From the human T2T-CHM13v2.0 reference genome, Homo sapiens, in NCBI RefSeq assembly GCF_009914755.1, contig NC_060927.1: 64,000 nucleotides of DNA. One strand, 5' to 3'. The notes below the pieces were generated by a model. The model saw nothing but the letters and a program-made list of their open reading frames with translations, did no database searches and was not told the origin of the DNA. Position numbers and translations under genes: made by a program. Positions 58,887-64,000 of this stretch are shown here, one piece after another. Positions within the stretch are counted from its first letter, which is position 1. The number at the start of each line of letters is the position of its first letter.

Positions 58887-59505
58887 TGTGGTAGGAGTTA
58901 CTAAGAAATTATTTTAGGCAGAGAGGAAAATGGGTCCTTGGGAAGTTTTCGTTTTTAAAGACATTTCTTGTTTAGCTGGAAAGCCCCAGCTTAGAGCCTG
59001 GTGGCAATCTTTGATATACAAATGCAGGCAATTAGAAACTGGGTCCACCCAAACAAGGCAATTCCCGTGGCCTTCTTGTCCTTGCCCCACGTGTGCCTGG
59101 CAACACAGCCGCCCCCACATATCCCCACGTGTGTAGAACATCACTGCACCCCGCATTTGCATTAGAAGGCTAGGGTGGGAGGGCCAGCTTTTTTCGCAGG
59201 CTACATGAATAACATGCCTGGTTAAACCAATCCCACAAGCCCTGTGCCAAGCAGACACCGCTTCCTCCAGCCTCTATATATACCTGGCTGGTTTCCGTTC
59301 AATTTGGGGTCTCCTCTTTTGCCTTTGGAGACCCACTCCCTCTATCGCTGTACGGGACAGCTTCTTCCTTCTGCCGTCTTCCTTCTTTCTTGCCTATTAA
59401 ACTCTCCACTCCTTAAAATCACTACATGTGTGTCCATGTCTTTTTATCTAAACTAGCATGAGGACCAAGAACCCTGGTGTTCCTCTACTCATCAGAGCCA
59501 TATCA
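58887..59505 (+). mobile_element. Intact ERV1-type solo LTR (619 bp, TG...CA, 4-bp TSD ATGC)
   Basis: atgc|tgtggtaggagtt...gagccatatca|atgc; CCAAT ~59227, TATATA ~59275, ATTAAA ~59396. Confidence 0.88.
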
Positions 59506-60146
59506 ATGCCATGTAATGGATTTTGGAATTCATAAAAGAAAAATGCAAGTGTAATTCTTAATTCAAATATTTGTCTGAGTTTGGGTTTTGTTTTTACAAC
59601 GAACTCAGTAGAAACACTGTCTCCTGACTGCAAGAAATGTACTATTTGCATGTTTTGTTTCACATTTCATGTCTATTACTATTAAATATCAACCCGTTCA
59701 CTTTTCCATATTGGAGACAAAATTCTCTAATTGTCTGCATGTTTTCATAGATACTCATTTGACATTCTGTCATATTTTATCATTGTTCAACTCTTTTGTA
59801 ATATTTAAGATTTCTACCTTTAAGAATCATTTTTTTGCAGTTGAAATATTTTGTTATGTAAGCTTATGTCTACTCAATTCCTAAGAATCACATAAAAATG
59901 AGGAGGAAAAACTCTCCATGAACTCACACCCAAACACACAAAGACACAGATGTTTCCAGAAGTGTGGCATCTGCAGACAAAGCTACTGGGAGTTTTAATT
60001 TAATTTTTAAATTTCATCCAGATGTCTATTATATCATAAATACTTCTTAGGTGTTCAGCTTTTCAGGTACTTTATAGATGTAAAATCTCTGGTAAAGAAA
60101 GACAGTCAAAAACACACTGTATACACATACTCACATGCATATGCAC

Positions 60147-60543
60147 TGAAGGAGTTCAGCAAATGCCACCCCAAAATATGTTGCTTTGGTATGCTGATTA
60201 CTTCAGTAAGGCAACTGGGGAACAGCAAATGCAGGGGTGGGGGTGCTTTCTCTGAACTCCTCTTATCTGTCTAGGGATAGATCTTCCAAAAGGAACTCAG
60301 TTGTCATTAAGGCTCTTCCAAGACATCTCATCAACCAGGGGAGATCACAGGAGTGGAGACTGTAAGTCAGCATCACACCGGGACAGACTTTGTCACAGGT
60401 TATTACCTATTCTTTCGAGGGTCCATTTATTTTCCCTCCAACATCATTTACTCTCTCCTAAGTTGCTTACATCCCTGTTCCACTCTCCCCTGTGAAAAGG
60501 ATCTGTAAGTTTCTAGATTCCACTGAAAGTTTTCCCTCCCTAC
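60147..60543 (+). mobile_element. ERV1 LTR, MER34-like (partial)
   Basis: tgaaggagttcagcaaatgccaccccaaaatatgttgctttggtatgctgattac. Confidence 0.7.
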
Positions 60544-62879
60544 AGGATACATACATGTGCACATACATAGGTAAGGAATCCAGTTGTTCTAAAATTTTTA
60601 TGTGATGCAGGGAGCAGTTATATACATAATATATCTAGGTCAAAACTTTTATCAGCCAAATAGAACCAGCCAAATATCATTCATCATAATTTCCTCATGC
60701 ACAACAAAGAACAGAATATAATATTTTGTTACTTTTATGTCATTCCTAATGTGAAATTTATCATCACTGATTCACATACAAAGATCCTAGAACCACAATA
60801 TTCAAATAAGGTTTAGCTTTTTCCCCCACTTCTGAATTTCCCTTCTCTTTTTCAATCTCTAAAGATCTGCTACCAGCACACTCTGCTAGCACTTATCACA
60901 CATCTTGAGAAGGGAACACTTGATAAAATCTCGTTCTTTGACCAATCTGAAGCATGTCATGAGCCAGTGCTAAGAAAAGAAAAAGCACTCCAGGCACAAA
61001 TGGTTTCACAATGGTGCTTCAACTCCTGTGCCAAGACGTATGCAGTGGGTCTTTTATCATGACAGTTATTGTTCCAGTGATGCTTTGTTAGGGAGAATGG
61101 GTAGGAAAAGAAAGACCCCAGGAGTTAGCACAATTTCCACATTGATAAGAGGGGCATTTGTACACCACTGCAGCAGATCTATAAGAGCTGATGGAAATGT
61201 GCCCTTTTCAAATAACTTTATATTGCCTCATAAACTTCAACAGAGGTATAGATTCATAACCCACAAAAGCATTTGTCTATCTTAAAAGAAAATATGCATC
61301 ACTGATTATGAAGACTTGGAATAGTAGAGTACATCAGGAACAGGTATTAAAGACAGAATCTTACATAAAAATCAATGTATGTGTATATTTGTATTCATGT
61401 ACAATATATCCTATATACAAACATATGAGATATATGTCTTTCTGAAATCAAGCCCAGCTTGTATTTTGTTATTTTTAATATTTGCTGCATTTGTTTGAAC
61501 TCTAAGTCAAGAAAAGCAAACTCTTCCAACCTTCCTTAGGAAAACAGACACAAAAGCTAATTTACAGTTGCCCTCCATAGAAAACTATTTGCTTGTTTCC
61601 TAAAGGATATTGAGGTTGATTTTTCCTTACAAACTATTGTTCTACTACATTTCTCATTTGTTCACTATTGTCATAATTTGGCTTCTATCTAAATGAATTT
61701 TTTTAAAAATGTGCACCTAGATTTGTCTGGCACTGGGCCTGAGGTAAACAGCTGGTTCAGGAGGGTAATGTGCAGGAAATAAAAGAATCCAGATTTGTGA
61801 CCTTAAAATTGACTGACCTTCCTATGAGTCTTTGTTTCCAGGTGTATTTGTTTTCAATCACTGGCCATCATTTTCCATCAGATATCTTCTTTATCATTAG
61901 AAAATTATCTTTATTACTCTAAGTCCCTGAACAAATAATGTGCATTCCAATAAACACTTACAGTCAATTATGAATCAAGAGCAAATAAAAGTTCCTTTGC
62001 ATTCATAGACCTTCTTAGCAATACATTCAAAAGTATTTTACTTTTGGTACCTTTAAGTCTGATGAGTACAACATCCCTGGTTTACAATTTCAAAATTAAA
62101 AGAGAAAAAGGGAAACTGGATACAAAGAAGACTGAGTCATGAGTGAAAAGTGCAAATTTAAATTGTAATTAGTAGCTTTATCTGATGAATACATTTGCAA
62201 TTCAGTGAGACGTGATAAAGAGAATTATGTAATAGAACCAGGGAGAAATGTTCTCAGACTTTACCAATTAGATGACTAAGGAAAATCCATATACTCAATA
62301 GGCTAATTAACTCCTGATTGATAGTCACTGAAGGGCCATTAGAAATGTCAAGTGTTCTTTACTTGTAGGACTAGAGAATCTCAAAAACCAAAAACAACAA
62401 CAACAACAATCTCCTTTAGGGGTTAGACTTGATGACCTTTAATAAAACTTGCAACTCTGAAATTTGATGAGCAATATCACAGAATCCCCTGTTTTAATGA
62501 GAACCGCTGTTCTTTCGTGAAACCACCTATACACAAATACAAAAGTCTAAAGCTTTACCATGCTTCAATCCAAGAACAGAAACACAAAACTGATTGTTCC
62601 AAGTTTTAAAACTCTTGACTTACTATCTTTTATATAAAAAGTACTCTGTAAATAAAAACATAAGCAAAATAATTAATCAAGGGAGTACTCTCAAGAGGCA
62701 TGCCCTCTAGCAATGAGAGAAGGTAAAGGCAGAAAACTTCCCTTTAGCAAGAATATGATAGGGCAACTAGAAAGGAATTGGTTTTATGGAGCTTTATAGG
62801 CAGGAGGAAGAAAAGTGAAAGAATTTTCCGTGTTTTAGAACTACAGTACAAGAAACAACAATGGAAAAACAAGGTGTGC

Positions 62880-63500
62880 CTCTAGTGGAAAATATTGCAG
62901 GAAAGCCGTGGAAGAGAAGATTGGAAAGGTAGGTTGTGATCCTGGGGTCCAGCACAGAGGTACATTAAAGATTTCTGAATGGGTAAGAGATGTGGTTTAT
63001 GTACTGTAGAGTATAACTGGAGAGTAAAATGAAGAACATGGTTGTCAAGACACAGGTGTGGAGGCAGTTAGACCTGCATAGAGGCTAGGGCAAATGTATG
63101 TGAAAAACATAGATCTACAAGGCCAGGATGTGGGTAGTAACAACATGTAAAAGCATGAACCATTCCAGGAATGGGAGGGAAGTGGACTCTAGCAATTGAA
63201 TAGAAGTGAGAACTTAGGAGAGGAAAAGACAACTAGAAAGCTTTCAAATCTGGGAAGTGCAGAACTCAAAATAAACGATGATGGTCAGGATGAGGACTGT
63301 TTTTTTTCATTTGTTTGTTTGTTTTTTGAATCTGTTAAGTATTGATGCTTGAAAGCCATCCAAGTAAGTGAGCAATGGGCCATGGAAAAGCAGATCTGGA
63401 CTTAGGAGAAGGACAGGGCAAGAGAATCTTAAGACATCTAAGCACAAGTGATACTTGAAGGAAGCCATGATAGTGTTCAAATAGAGACCATAAGATTGAA
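62880..63500 (-). mobile_element. L2 fragment
   Basis: Purine-rich decayed L2 (ggaggcagttagacc...aagcagatctggacttaggagaagg...tgaaggaagccatg). Confidence 0.55.
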
Positions 63501-63513
63501 GGAACAGACTCTT

Positions 63514-64000
63514 TGTGGCAATAAGATACAAAATTCTAAATAACAACTAAGGCCATGCCTGACAAAGTTTAAGGCACACACCCCTACACGTAGAGAGTAA
63601 ACTATGTTCTAACTGTTCTAACTATCACAACATTTTTCTTTTCTCTAGCAGCTAAACAAGCACTGGACTCAAGATAAGCAATATTGAAACAATTGCAGCT
63701 CACTGACCACCAGACATTGCCTAACACTCCCCAACTTTTCACAAGCCATAACTACAGCCTTGACTGGACAAGAAATCGACTTCAGTAACTTTCTCTTAAT
63801 AAGAGAACACTGGCCATGGACTGGTTCTGGCCAGTTTACAGAGGCTGCATATGTAAGTGCCTTCATGTCCCTGTTTCAGCTTTTGACTCAAAGGACCTAA
63901 TTGTAATTTATTTAAAGTCTCCACCCCAAAATGAACATGGGTCATATGTAACATGAATGTTTCCTTAGTATGCATGCATACATCCTCCCTTTGTCAATAT
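63514..64000 (+). mobile_element. ERV1 LTR of the MER4 group, runs off the window end
   Basis: tgtggcaataagatac...cagctaaacaagcactgg...ttcagtaactttctc...catggactggttctggccagtttacagaggctgc. Confidence 0.75.

Overview
AT-rich primate (very probably human) non-coding DNA. I find no credible host protein-coding exon, CpG island or intact RNA gene; the protein-like ORFs in the track are decayed LINE-1 ORF2 pieces or Alu artefacts. A large part of the window is transposon-derived: about 16 Alu/FRAM/FLAM SINEs, L1PA/L1MB/L1ME/L1MC pieces, L2/MIR/L3 relics, solo LTRs, hAT MITEs, a MADE1 and a tailless 5S rRNA fragment. The main structure not explained by repeats is a pair of ~670-bp inverted repeats (43889-44558 and 48788-49458; 3 differences, ~99.6% identical) around a 4229-bp spacer, a classic substrate for recurrent NAHR inversion. 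The right copy splits an old MLT1 LTR, so it is the derived copy and this haplotype carries the pre-inversion orientation. The 32-55 kb region also holds a cluster of locally templated insertions and perfect palindromes that look like scars of template switching or Pol-theta-type repair. Repeat subfamily names come from my recollection of consensus sequences and need RepeatMasker/Dfam confirmation.
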